A stretch of 64,000 nt of DNA from Gracilinanus agilis (lineage: Eukaryota). Both the position numbers and the translations under genes were made by a program. The stretch spans positions 202,903,974-202,967,973 of the forward strand of contig NC_058133.1 of NCBI RefSeq assembly GCF_016433145.1, given 5' to 3'. This document shows, in pieces, positions 11,935 through 24,600 of this stretch (position 1 is the stretch's first letter; every line of letters starts with the position of its first letter). A model generated the notes under the pieces. It was not told the DNA's origin and did no database searches. It saw only the letters and a program-made list of their open reading frames with translations.

Positions 11935-12083
11935 TTTTTTCCCATTTTTTTTTCCGCTTTTTTTTTTTTGGGAAGCACAGGTCTGTGCTCTGTGAACAGA
12001 ATCAAGACATTAACAAAGATCAGCTTCTCTGAAGAAAAGCATTTCTCTAGAACAAAGACAGCTACGGATTTTGCTGCCATTAC

Positions 12084-12292
12084 NNNNNNNNNNNNNNNNN
12101 NNNNNNNNNNNNNNNNNNNNNNNNNNNNNNNNNNNNNNNNNNNNNNNNNNNNNNNNNNNNNNNNNNNNNNNNNNNNNNNNNNNNNNNNNNNNNNNNNNNN
12201 NNNNNNNNNNNNNNNNNNNNNNNNNNNNNNNNNNNNNNNNNNNNNNNNNNNNNNNNNNNNNNNNNNNNNNNNNNNNNNNNNNNNNNNNNNNN
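12084..12292. other. Assembly gap (209 N) in the KANSL1 3'UTR
   Basis: N run. Confidence 1.
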
Positions 12293-13459
12293 AGAAAAAA
12301 GTCACTAATGTTGAAAATTGTGAAAAAACCCCAACCATTAAGCAGTTCATCTACTATTTTTATACGATTACAAAATGGCCAAAAAAAAAGTTATGTCCTT
12401 TGTTTTTTTCCTCTTTTTGGTGATGTAATTATACATGAGACAGGCACAAGGCTAAGGAAGATGATGGGGGGTGGGGTGGGGGTGGAGGGTGGATGGAAGA
12501 AGGAAGAGAGACTAGGACATTCCACAGGCAAGGGCCTAAGGGAGAGGAGATATGAGAAAAGGGGCCTAGTTGAGGCAAGACTAAGGATAACTTAGACATG
12601 AAGGAAACTTGTTTAAGTGATCATCTGAGAAGAAAGTTAGAATGGCTAAATTGATGCTTCAAACCCTCCTAGTTGGCTGGCTGGGGAATGGTAACATAGA
12701 TTGAACCGACCAAGACCCTGCCTGTAAAACAAGACAAGTGAGAAATGTGTGCTCAGTGGGCGTGTTCGATGTGTTTTGTGTTTGGGGAGTTGGGGGAGAC
12801 AGTGAATGTGTGTGACGGAAACTGACCAGTTAGGTTGCTATAGTTAAGGAGTCAACATAAAGGTGACTTAATGCAGAGCAGCCACATAAAAGAAGGGAAG
12901 CTCAGCCTGCTTGCTGAAAGCTACACACATATTATTGCAGACTGCCTCAAGCAAGCCCCTCAATAGGCCTGATGAGAGCCAGTGCTGAACAAAAAGACTT
13001 TAATGCTTGGGCCCACATCAGTACGCTCATACCTGGGTTCCAGGTGACAGAACAGGGAACCACCTGATGTAAGTTTCTTTTGTCGCCTGGGAAGAACATG
13101 TTTTATCAAAGGAAAAATAAAGCTGAAAGTTCAGTGAATCAGTGGGGCTGTAGAGCATGCTAGAACCAGGCAGGGTGGGAGTTAGGGATGGGCGGGGTCT
13201 TACCAGGAACTTTTATTTGCCAACTGGAGGAATAGTCCATTTGGGTGTGCCACAAGACAATATGAAACCAAAAAAAGAAAAGGGAAAAAAGGGAAGGAGG
13301 GGGAGGGAGGAGGAGACCAAAACAGTTTCTAAACTCCTTAAATTCACTAAAAACTGTGAAAATTTTCGGCATATGATGTTTGAATATCAAACACAGATTT
13401 CTGAAGCTTTAATGCCAAGTCAGTGAGTTCATTCAGTTGGACTCTCAAACTCCACTTGC

Positions 13460-13687
13460 TCATCTGTGGGTCGGGCGCTGCACTGTGGCCGATGCTGGCA
13501 GATGCCTGCTTTTGAAACTGGCCAGAGGAGGGGAGGTGGGTGCACTGTCCAGCTCCCGGCCTCCCTTGCCACCTGGGGTACGTCGAGTACAACGGGCAGC
13601 TCGTTCCTGTGCATCCAGCAGGTCTTCGCACTCCGCCTGGGGGCTGTGTGCCAGGGGGAAGCTGCGTCGCTCCCAGGGTTGGACAGT
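13460..13687 (-). CDS. KANSL1: KANSL1 last coding exon (exon 15-equivalent, 228 nt including TGA)
   Basis: tacccctgcAG|ACT. Encodes [75 protein letters not shown]. Confidence 0.97.
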   Translation of the reverse strand, partial: TVQPWERRSFPLAHSPQAECEDLLDAQERAARCTRRTPGGKGGRELDSAPTSPPLASFKSRHLPASATVQRPTHR

Positions 13688-14049
13688 CTGCAGGGGTACA
13701 GAAAGGGAGTGAAGGCAAGGTTATGGGTACCCGTGGTTACCCTCCTCCCCGCCCCCTTTCCCAGTGCTCTAGCCCACAAACCTGTTTACTGTTCATGTAG
13801 CATCAACCAGGGCCAGGGAAGGGGAGTGAGGGGTTATCTGGGAAGCTGGATCAGCTACAGTACAGAAAGTGTGTGCTCTGGCCAATAACCTTTTTGACAG
13901 CAGAGTCACCTCCAGAATTTGCCCGAGGGTTTAAGAGGAGAGATGGGTAGGGGAAAGACATGTGGCTATGCAGTCATCAAAAGAGCCCACTCCTCTAACT
14001 GCCCCACCTCTTCCATACCCCTGGCACACAGAGGAATGAAATCACTTAC

Positions 14050-14302
14050 CTGTTCATCTACTCCCAATTCTGGGGTAGAACAACGGGTGTCCTCAATGGA
14101 AAGGTGCCGTAGGTTCTCTCGGGCTATAGGAGTGAGGGAGGCAGAAAGCAGGTCTGGGCTGATGGGACTGCGAGGGGATTGATTGTGGGAAAACTCTGAA
14201 ACTGAGTGGTTACTGCTGATGTCAGGAGAAGCAGGCTGTGGGGTAGAAGAGTTGGCATTGCCCAGTTGTGGGGTTGTCCGGCCATCTGATGACCTATAGG
14301 AC
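14050..14302 (-). CDS. KANSL1: KANSL1 exon 14-equivalent (253 nt)
   Basis: gtgtgcAG|G...CAG|GTAAGT. Encodes [27 protein letters not shown]...[13 protein letters not shown]. Confidence 0.98.
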
Positions 14303-14814
14303 CTGCACACCAAGAATTCAAACCAGAGAGTCAGAGGGTGTTTTTGAGACAGCCTCCCAGTGTGTCATGCTGTAATGCAAACAGCATAGGACAGCCTCTC
14401 TACCCATTTCTAGTATTATCTTATAAATTACCCAATTCTCCCCACAAGGGTCCCTAGTCTGAGAAGATGAGAGTAGTCTCAGAGCTCTCCTTTTTTGAGA
14501 TAATACTAAAACACAGTAGCTGGCATATAAAGAAAGAAGCATCCTGTTCATTCCCAAAACAAAGTAAAGTGCATGGGGATACGGCTGAACAATGTCCACT
14601 AAAGTCATACATGCATATACAAAAAAGAAGCCTAAGTCGTCCATGGCCAAGGAACAAAAACTGGAGCCCTATATGGTTAAAATCTTTACCTAGCTTGTGT
14701 CTTGAGGACTCCTGACACTACAATACTACAAAAGTAGAAAAAGCACAGAAGAGATGACTTGAACCAAGCCTTCAAGGTAGAACAGAATATAAGGATCATC
14801 TACTGTTAATGTGG

Positions 14815-15020
14815 CTTTGGAAAGGCAGTGTGGTATAGAATGACACTGGGATTTAAAGCTGTCAGAAAACTGGGTCTGAATTCTGCTCATGACATCTGCT
14901 GTGTGACTTTGGGCAAATCATTAACATCTCAGACTCATTTTTGTTATCTATTAATGGACATGAATATCACATGTAGAATTTACTTCATAAGGCTGCTGTG
15001 AGGATTATATGAAAATGTGG
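14815..15020 (+). mobile_element. MIR-like SINE
   Basis: gcagtgtggtatag...ctgtgtgactttgggcaaatcattaac CORE sequence. Confidence 0.7.
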
Positions 15021-15689
15021 AACTTAGCTCAAAAGTACATTCTGAAGAGCTGTCCAGGATTTGAGTCTTTGAGTTTTGTCAAAAATTCAAGTAGATTTGC
15101 TGCAGATAGTAAATATCAAAACTATAGAGAGAATACGGGAGAGTAGTTGATAGTTTTACTGAATCGAATCACCCCATGCCACTTAAAGTAGGGATAAGAG
15201 GCCCAATCAATCTCCATCACAGACATTTATTAGGGTGAGTGCTGAGCAAACTTAGAATGGTAATGATGCTACAGAAAAACAAGTCTGTGGACAGGCCAAG
15301 GAAGCCTGGTTAAGTTCCGGGGCAATCTGTAAACTATCAGGCTCTTGGGCCATTCCAGAAGTAGCCAGAAAAACTGAGCTTTTCCTGAGAACATCACTGT
15401 ATTTCTCTACAAGTGGATAATTCTTTATGGTATCACACCAGATTAGAGTGTGAGCATCCTGAAGGCAGGGAGCTGTTTTTGTCTTTCTATGTACCTGGCA
15501 TGGAGCAAAAGCTTAATAAATGACTTCGGTGGTAACAATCATATCAACATCAACTACTGATATAATATATATTATACACTTAACCACAGGGTTCTCTCCA
15601 AACCTCTGCTACACTACCTTTCAAATAGCTACAACATCCTGATCTCAAGTACTATGTTAGAACAAAACCTTTACAAAGATAGCACGAGA

Positions 15690-15875
15690 AGCAGCTAGAT
15701 AACACAGTGGACCAAGAGTCAGGTCTGGAGTCAGGAGGGACCTTTTAAATCCGGCTTCAGACATTTCCTAGCTGTGTGACCCTGGACAAGTCTCTTAACC
15801 CCCACTGCCCAACCCTTGCTCTTCTGCCTTGGAGTTCTTACTAAGACAAAAGAGAAAAGAGCAAGGGTTTAAGGG
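15690..15875 (+). mobile_element. Older marsupial CORE-SINE
   Basis: gcagctag tRNA-like head, ctagctgtgtgaccctggacaagtc core, ctcttctgccttgg tail. Confidence 0.75.
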
Positions 15876-16328
15876 AAGGGGGAATAAAGATATTAAGCCC
15901 AATATGTGGCTCTACTATGAATACTTAAAGTACAAATTCTTGCAAACTTCAGAGAGAATTTCCTATTAATGGCACCTGGTCCCAACAGAAGATAGTGCTT
16001 ACACTTTATATTTCATAAACACTTTATCTGTTGTGATCCCAAGAAGTAAGAAATTCAAGTATTATGATGTCTTTTTCGGATGAGGAAATAGAAGGGGGGG
16101 GGGGGGGGGGGGCGCCGCAGGTGTTAATTCCAGCTCCTCTGAAGCCAGGACCATTATACTCTGAACTTTTACATGCTGCCTCCCCAAATCAAATACCAAT
16201 TTACCTTATGTCCCACAGGGACACTGACCATTATAACGAGGGTACCTTTCTCCATAAAGAATAGAAAAGTCTTGTTAACTATTTACCCTCAGTTCCCATA
16301 TTGAAATTCATTTGTGTAAGTAGTCCTA

Positions 16329-16538
<210 letters not shown>

Positions 16539-16722
16539 CTAGCCTAAGAGAAAGAGATACAGGAAGGCAAAGGGCACATACATGTGTGCATGTGTGTATG
16601 TATGTTAGTTGGGGGAAGGGAAGGCACGAAGAAAGAGAAAAATATTAGGAATGGGAAGAAGAAGAGTATGGAAATCCAAGACTCGATTTTAATCCAAAAT
16701 CATTTTGGACACTGTGGGCTCA

Positions 16723-16848
<126 letters not shown>

Positions 16849-17079
16849 TCAAATTATAGTGTAAACTAGTTAAAGAGACCAAGCATGGGCACGTGACCAT
16901 ACATAAAAACATAAGCAAACACACTGCCCTCTACTGGTACATGAAAAATGAATGCCAAGACAGCACCATGTCTATGTTTACACAAGTTACTGAGCACGTA
17001 CTAAGATGACTCTCTTCTAGGTTAAGAGTCAGAGTCCCAAATCAGCCTGATGAGGACCATAGAAGGGAGCAGGGAATAC

Positions 17080-17201
17080 CTGGGCGTAAGGATCTCCTTG
17101 TACTGCAGTTTCTCTACACGTGTTGTTGCAGCAACAGACATCGGGATCACAATGTTGTTAATATCAAATGAACTTTCTCCCCGTCTCCTCCTTACAGGTT
17201 G
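17080..17201 (-). CDS. KANSL1: KANSL1 exon 11-equivalent (122 nt), start of the PEHE/MOF-binding region
   Basis: gtctcacAG|CAA...AG|GTATTC. Encodes [40 protein letters not shown]. Confidence 0.97.
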
Positions 17202-18879
17202 CTGTGAGACAACGGAAAGCAAGTTTAACATGGAGGCACAATTAACTGCAAATTTCAAGCCATTAGTTCAATGTCTTAAAACATTTTATCACTGATTATC
17301 ACATGAAGGGGCCAAAGGAGCGCTGACTTTCATACATATGTGTATCTCAAAACTTAGACACTGACTCCTCCGTTTTCCATTCCAGGCAATTTGTCATTTA
17401 AAATCCAGCAAAGATTAGGCAGTCAGTTAATAAAGGTAGGTCAATCATTGGTGGCAATGCATAAACATCTTTTGTATTTGCAATTCATTCTTTTTCTCTT
17501 TTCCTTCTCCCTCCCTCCACAATTTCTAAGTACCAATGATGGCACCTGGAGCTCACAAGACTGAGAGATATATCTAGGGCTTCTAGAGAGATGGAATGTA
17601 GATGAACAGATCATCAGCTAGCAAGTGAAACAGAGGTCATTCTCCCTGGGGATTCAGGGCTCTCCAGTTAATAAGCTCAGTCACCTTGCCATTCACCATT
17701 CTCCCACCCTTTCGATGGTTACCATTTGTGAGGCTTAGGGGCTCTATGGCTCAGATCACATCTAGCAGAGGTTAGTGACAGGACCAAAGGAAGGGACACT
17801 GCAACAAGGAGTCTAGATATAGCCCTTCTCTAAGGAATGGTTCCTTTTTAAAGGAAGTTAAGAAGATTCAACATCCAACAAATAAAGGCTTCCCGGGTCC
17901 AGCAAAATAAGGAGAATGTGCACCAGTTGGAAAGCCAAAGGAGTAAAAGGGAGGAAGTCTAATGCTTCCCCTTTAATGGGAAGAGAATGTCCAACTGGGC
18001 TTGTTGCCTAAATGTCCCCAGGAAAGCAGGTGGCAAATACTCTGGTTCTGGAGGAGACTGGAAAATGAACAGTAAGCTGTCAGAGGCCAAAGGGAAATAG
18101 TGAGATGACAAACATGCTGCCATGGTGACCGTACAATTGCAATCAAACCCAAAACACTAGGGGAGCAGTATCCTGAACACAGGATAAAGACACTATGAGG
18201 AAAGTGATTGTTCCTACACTGTACCTTGCACAATAATTTGGTTTTTAAGTATTTAAGTAATATTGAATAGTAAGTTATTAAAATATTAAGTAGCTTAAGA
18301 AATCCTAAAAGACAATAAATAGATCAGGATCTCAACGACTAAACTTTTTGCCCTGAGCTCTGTTGTTTTGTGGCCACAATCCATTAAATGCCCTCTTTAC
18401 CCAATTCCTTCTTTAATTCTTAAAGGGGAATTTTTAATGTTACCCACTTTACAGAACCACTATAACTGGTTAATAGAGATATTTGTAAAGTACTTTGTAC
18501 ATCATGTTAGTAAGACTTGTGGCTGTGGTTCAGTTTTCCAATCCCCTCAAAAAGTGATTTATTTGCCATATTCTAGTATTCATAATGCATGTGTATGCAC
18601 CAAAAAAAGTCTAACTAGCTTTAAAAAAGTTTCCCTTTATTGTTAAGCACTTGACTCATATAAACAAATATGAACTTTTCTCTATGGTCAAGGGACAGAA
18701 AAGAGAATCTTCACTATGTATGGCTTGTTTTTATAGGCATATTTCAATTTTAACAATGGATATTTCCAATACTACTCTGCCTATGTGTCCCTTTCCAAAA
18801 TTTCTTCTGTTTTCTTTTATGAATTATTCTTCTTGTTTTTTTTTTAAACCGTTACCTTCTGCCTTAGGAAAAAAATGCT

Positions 18880-19035
18880 AAGTATCAGGTCCAAGGCAGA
18901 AAAAGCAGTAAGAACTAGGTAATTGGGATAAGTAATTTGCCAAAGGTCACGCAGCTAGTAAGTGTCTGAGGCCAGATTTAAATGCAGGATCTTCCATCTC
19001 CAAGCCTGGTTCTCTATCCACTGAGCCATCTTTTG
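18880..19035 (-). mobile_element. Diverged marsupial CORE-SINE
   Basis: aaggcagaa...gtgtctgaggccagattt...ctctatccactgagc. Confidence 0.7.
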
Positions 19036-22000
19036 TGAATTCTTAACATAGGACACTAAACAGTATCAACTGATTTAGTGCAAATTTTTGTCCATAAGGC
19101 AAAGAGAAATGACACTTTTATTAAAAAGTTAAATTATAATTTTTTTTTACAACAATTTGATCCTTCTAATGTCTGTAAAATAGTCTTTTGGAGTCATGAC
19201 TGGTCATTGCACTTATTACAATTTTTAAAGTTTTTCATAGTTATTTTCCATTATACTGTTGTGGTATTGTTCTTCTGGTTCAACTCCAGTTTCTACAAGT
19301 CTCCCCAAGGTTTCTCTAAATCCATGCTTCATTTCTTATATCACACTAATATTCCAATATACTCATACCCCAAAATTTGCAACTATAGATACTTTTTAGT
19401 ACACCTGAGTTCTTTTCTATCTTTAATGTCTCTTTGAGCTTTAGGCCTAGTAATGGTATCAATGGGTCTACTGATGGCAACTTTTTGGACATAATTCCAA
19501 ACTGCTTTCCAAAAAAGCTCAATATTTAGTTTGATCAAGATACCATTAATGTGTGCCTGTTTCACAATGCCTCCAACAATGGACAATTTCCCTTTTTATA
19601 TATATTCTCTATTTTATGGGTGTGGGCTGCAATTTCAGTTTTTTTGTTTTGTTTTTTAATTTCTCTATTACCATTAGTTAAATGAATAATCATCAGAGCA
19701 GGTATGAATCTCTGGCAACCCCCAAAAAAGTGCCCTAATCAAATTTAAAACTACCTGGGAAATGTTTAAAAATTAATAAAAATATAATATAGATAATATA
19801 AATTTGTGGTTTTTTAAAATCAATATGCCGCCAATAGGGAACCATTTTCTTTTTGAGTTTTGACACCACAGATTTTGTAAAGCATCTTTTTATACAGCTT
19901 TTGATGCCTAATTAGCTTTTAATATTCAGTTAAAGAGGATGTTGTACAAAAGGTGGAAATTGCTACCAAACTTCTCTTGATGCCAGAGCTCTAAAAGTGA
20001 AAAGAAGTCAAGGTAAAGGGCCTTGGTAAAATGGTTGGATCCAGTGTCTCATATTATATTTGATTCCCTAAGGAATACTTTTAAGCACCTTGGAATGCCC
20101 TATTTCTTCCACACATGCATGTTCAAGAGTTCTCTGTCAAAATGAAGAATTAAAGGAATGCATGCCTAAACAAATGAACACTTTACCCACATTGAACTGG
20201 TGAAGATAGCATAAGATAGAAACAATATTCAAGGAGCTATGAGAAAACAGTTACACTAAAAATTAATGCCCGTGGAACTCGAAATCTGTTGAACTATTTT
20301 GGAAAAGAATTAGCAATTTTACAGTGCTCCAAGGTTAAGTGATAGCAGGAAGAAAAACAAATCATCCATACAATAGCAGTAATAGCAATATTATTTGTTT
20401 TAGCAAACTTTAGTCTCAAGACACTTCCTAGCTGTGTACCCTGTGCAAGTCACTTAACCCCAATAGCCTACCCCTTTCCACTCTTCTGCCTTGGAACTAA
20501 TATTAATATTTAGTATTGATTCTAAGAAAGAAGGTAAAGGTTTAAAATTTAAAAAAAAAACACACACTTCACACCCAACTATGAAAATTAAAAGAAATAT
20601 GGAAACACATATTGAATGAAGACACAAGAATATCCATCTTCACCATCCACGTGGCTAACAATCACATTAATTAAGACAATATTAAGTGTAATAAATTCAG
20701 ACCAGATACAATTCACAAGATTAGTACTAACTTAACAAATACTTCTAAAAGTATAGAGTAGCCTGTACTATCAAGAGCAATTTTTGAACTATGTCTGGGC
20801 CATGTACTTGAGAGCAGGGGGAATGGGATGGGATTCATGGGCAAATCTGTTGAAGTTTTGTCAAAAACAAAATTGGCAAAAGAGAATAAAAGCAAAACCA
20901 AAGATATTCTGAATAACTTTTAACTTAGGGTTCTAAAAGCACCCCTTTGGAGAAAAAATGATGGGGGATAGTTCCAGACACAGGTTAAAAGAACTGGTAA
21001 CTTGAACCTAGGTCCTCTGGAATGAGATTCCAAATCCAGTATTCCTTCTACTGCACTCACTATCCTGTTTCTCTAAACTCAAGATAGAATATTGGGCTTG
21101 AAGTTCTCTTACTTTATTAGGATAAAAAGTCAAGGGAAATCCTGCTGTTATCTCACTTCATTTGCAACCTTCCAGCTTATCTAATAATTATTATCAGCAT
21201 TCAAAAAACAATTCAAAGTATCAGATTTTGAGCTGGAAGGGATTTCAATGTTTAAGCCTAACCCCTCATTTGAGTTTCTTTATTTTGAAGATGAGGGGAA
21301 AAAAGGTTTAAAAAGTTTAAGCAACTGAGGCAGAATTTGAATTCAGATCTTTCTGATGCTAAAACCAGCACTCCCCTATATATGCCCATCAAAATTAGAT
21401 AGTAGAGTTTTATGGACCGGGATATGACTTATGATTTCACTGCTATGTGTAACTCCCTTTACCAGGGCAGACTGGCACTTTCTCTCCCTCCAACACACCA
21501 GCTCACAAACTTAACACAGATCAGGTATGACTTAAACATGACTTTGAGGTTTCTTCACTATGCCCTACACCATGCTACTTGCTCATTCAAATTACAAAAC
21601 ATTTACAAAGCGCTTTAATCCTAATAAGCCTGTGAGGTTGATAAAATAGTATTTCCCCTATTTGTGGATTATAAAACTGAGGCTCAGAAATAAACATTGT
21701 CCTCGGTCAAACAACTAGTGTCAGAGCTATTATCAATAATCTAACAAGAAGTCAACAATCAGTGTGCTGACCTATTCTTTTAAAACCCAGAAAACTGTCA
21801 AATAAATCGTGTCTTAGCTTCTAAAAAGAAAAACATAGCTAAAAGAACAGATCCTACTAGCAGTATATGAGAAGCAGCACCTATCTTCATGTATATAGAA
21901 AAGGGAACATTATTGTGATCTGGATGTCTACATATCCCCAAATTCTTTTGTCTGTGCTCTTCAGGTCTAGTGGAGTGAATTAACCACCATCTCTATTACT

Positions 22001-22053
22001 AAAGCTGCTATAATCAGCAAAAGATATCTGGTCACATCCAAACAAATACTTAC

Positions 22054-22211
22054 AGATGTGGTAACTGTGCCCTGTGAACTTGAGCTGGTGGGTACAGAGC
22101 CATCCGATGAGGTGGAAGAGGAAAGCTGTCGTACCAAAGGGCTGGGTGATGGGTGGTGGGTGACAGATGTCAAGTAGCTTGAATTGCCTACATCTGTGTG
22201 ATGTTTCAGCA
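22054..22211 (-). CDS. KANSL1: KANSL1 exon 10-equivalent (158 nt)
   Basis: accactgcAG|TG...TCT|GTAAGT. Encodes [53 protein letters not shown]. Confidence 0.97.
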
Positions 22212-22587
22212 CTGCAGTGGTTAACAGAAAGAGAAACATAAATGGTTATATTCCCTTAAACAGTTGCACTTTTGGATCAAACTGGAAATGCCACCGAAAC
22301 ACGTATGATGTGAAAAAGCCTTCTAAGCCTAGAGAAGTAAAGAAGCAAAAGCAAACTGGGTTGGTGGGAGGTGGGTGGCTGGAAGGAGGTTGCTATAGCA
22401 GTGGAAGTATCCTGCATTTTAGAAGCAGTAGGCTTCCCACCACTTTGCTGCCTCCCTAGAACCTGAAGGGCAAAGATGATGGGGGAAAAGGTGGGGAGGG
22501 AGTTTGAGAGAAGCCCAGGTGGCCTCAGAAAGCCCTGAGCAGACACAGGTGCCGGTACAGGTGCCAGGCCTGGCCCTGGCTGCCTAC

Positions 22588-22773
22588 CTTCACTTCTCTC
22601 AGATGAATGGTCTCGCAATCGCATTTTGCTCTGGTTTGGGTCATGCACGGGTGGAGGGTTGAGCAAGCGCTCTGCTTTGGGCGCTGTAACTCTCTCTGCC
22701 ATGGACACAGCCATTACATCATCTAAGTGCTGCCTGTGAGTCTTGTCAGGCCGAGTTTGGTGATGGGAGAGTT
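22588..22773 (-). CDS. KANSL1: KANSL1 exon 9-equivalent (186 nt, phase 1-1)
   Basis: cccatcttcAG|AA...G|GTAGGC. Encodes [62 protein letters not shown]. Confidence 0.97.
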
Positions 22774-24417
22774 CTGAAGATGGGAACAGAAAAAGAGCTA
22801 TGGAATGTCTTCTTTCCTTTCTCTTTCTGGTTAAGGAAGGGTGCCTGAAGATGCTGAACTCTCCAGCCAACTCTAAACACCTCCAAACAAAGACAAGCAA
22901 ACCAGGGAGGAACGGTGCCCTGTGATATATAGCTGATGGCAAGTGAATAGAGGATCTAATGTCACTGCTAGGCTAGTACTATCTCCCTCGCCGGTCTCCC
23001 ACTTGACTTCTAGACACATTCTGAAAAGGGTTGTGTCTTTACTCAATTTGATAAACATTAATTAAGCACCTATGTTCACGTAAAGATAGCGTGGTATAGT
23101 AGAGAGAGTGCCAGTCTTGGAGTCAGGAAGACCTTAGTAGAAGTCCTATCCAGCATATCCTTACTGTATGAGCTGGCAAGTTACTTAGCCAGTTAGTATC
23201 TCAGACAACTCTTAAGACTATATAAGATGCAGAATAGTAACTCATCTGCATTAGTAGAGGAAGCTTTCTTATCAAGAAAAATAATCAGAAAAAAATGTGA
23301 TGGATAAAATCAAAGGTATATAAAAGAGGAAACAAGGCAAGACTCTATTCTTAAGGAGTTCATATTCTAAGGCCAGCGAAGAGAAAAAGGGAAATTAAAC
23401 ATATATAAAGAACCATGATAAAAGGAAGAATGTGGAGAGTAAAGGATTAGCCCAGATAAAATACTATGTGAATTTTGTTTTCAATTGGAAGTTAGGTGAA
23501 ATACATGGGAAGAGGAGGTGCCTTAATTAGGCCCAGGAAGAATAGACGGAATTCAAAAGAACAAGGGTAGAATGGGGAGGTGGGGGGGGGGGGGGGAATG
23601 ACCCATTCCAGGAATGGGGAGACAGCATAAGCAACAGCTTGGATACTTGAGAGGGATGAAGGGGACAGGAGAAGCCTAGCTGTACAAGGTATATGATAGA
23701 AGGGAGTCATGCAAGACAAGCCTGGAACCAGATTGTGGAAACGAATGATAGGATAAAGAATTTATACTTTATTTGGTAGGTAATGGGGAATCAGTCAGAA
23801 TTTTTGAAGGTATAATTTGAAGGCAAATTAAAGATTATTAAAGGAATAGCAGTGTGAAGGGAAAGGGGGAAATTGGAAGCAGATAAATTAGGAAGCAATA
23901 AGCTGGGCAAGATGAGTTGTGGTTTCTATTAGGATTGCTGGAGGAGTGGAAGGAACAGATGTTAAGTGAGACTTCCAGAGGCAGAACTAACAGGATTTGG
24001 CAACTGGCTGGATGTGGGGGTTAAAGGAGAGACAAAAGCAAAGACAACTTGGGGTTTACAATATGAGTGAACAGAAGTCTGATTGCACCATCAACAGTAA
24101 TGAATTTTAAGAAACTAATATTAACTTCTGGTTGCTCTAAAAACAACCTGAGTTGTGGTATCTTCCATAGCTCTCTCCCCCAAATCCAAGAGTATCCTGA
24201 ATAGCAAAAATTTATTTCCCAAAATTCAGCAGTTAGAATATGTGAATTTCTCATTGAATTCTGAGTACCCCACAGTCAACCAGTATTCCCAACAAGGTAT
24301 GTTGGCATATTTTTTAAAATGTAGATTATTTGAGAATTCCAAAGAACAGATAAAGAAATGGAAAACATCCAAACAAACATATCACACCTGCCACCCCTCT
24401 CCTTTCCCCAAACTTAC

Positions 24418-24600
24418 TGGCTGCTGCTAGAAAGGAGTTGACCAACTTGTGCCTATCTTTACGAACAGGGTCAGGAAGGCTGCCCGGCATGGGTGCTCTG
24501 TGCTTGAGTGAAAGCTTTTTGGGAGGTTTGATTTTTTCAAAGGGCTTGTTCTGCCACTGAGATTTCAGCATACTCTGGAAGTGCAGGCTTGTGGGAACAT
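24418..24600 (-). CDS. KANSL1: KANSL1 exon 8-equivalent (183 nt)
   Basis: tctcctgtAG|AT...A|GTAAGT. Encodes [61 protein letters not shown]. Confidence 0.98.

Larger units (their letters stand above)
11910..13459 (-). other. KANSL1: KANSL1 3'UTR (end inferred)
   Basis: Follows the stop. The proximal segment TTGGCATTAAAGCTTCAGAAATC...TTTGATATTCAAACATCATATGCC resembles the human KANSL1 UTR. Interrupted by an N-gap. Confidence 0.7.

Noticed and set aside
11848-12595. Long ORFs containing X runs (also 55246-55625)
   Set aside because: Artefacts of translation through N-gaps, apart from the real KANSL1 exon 4 segment.
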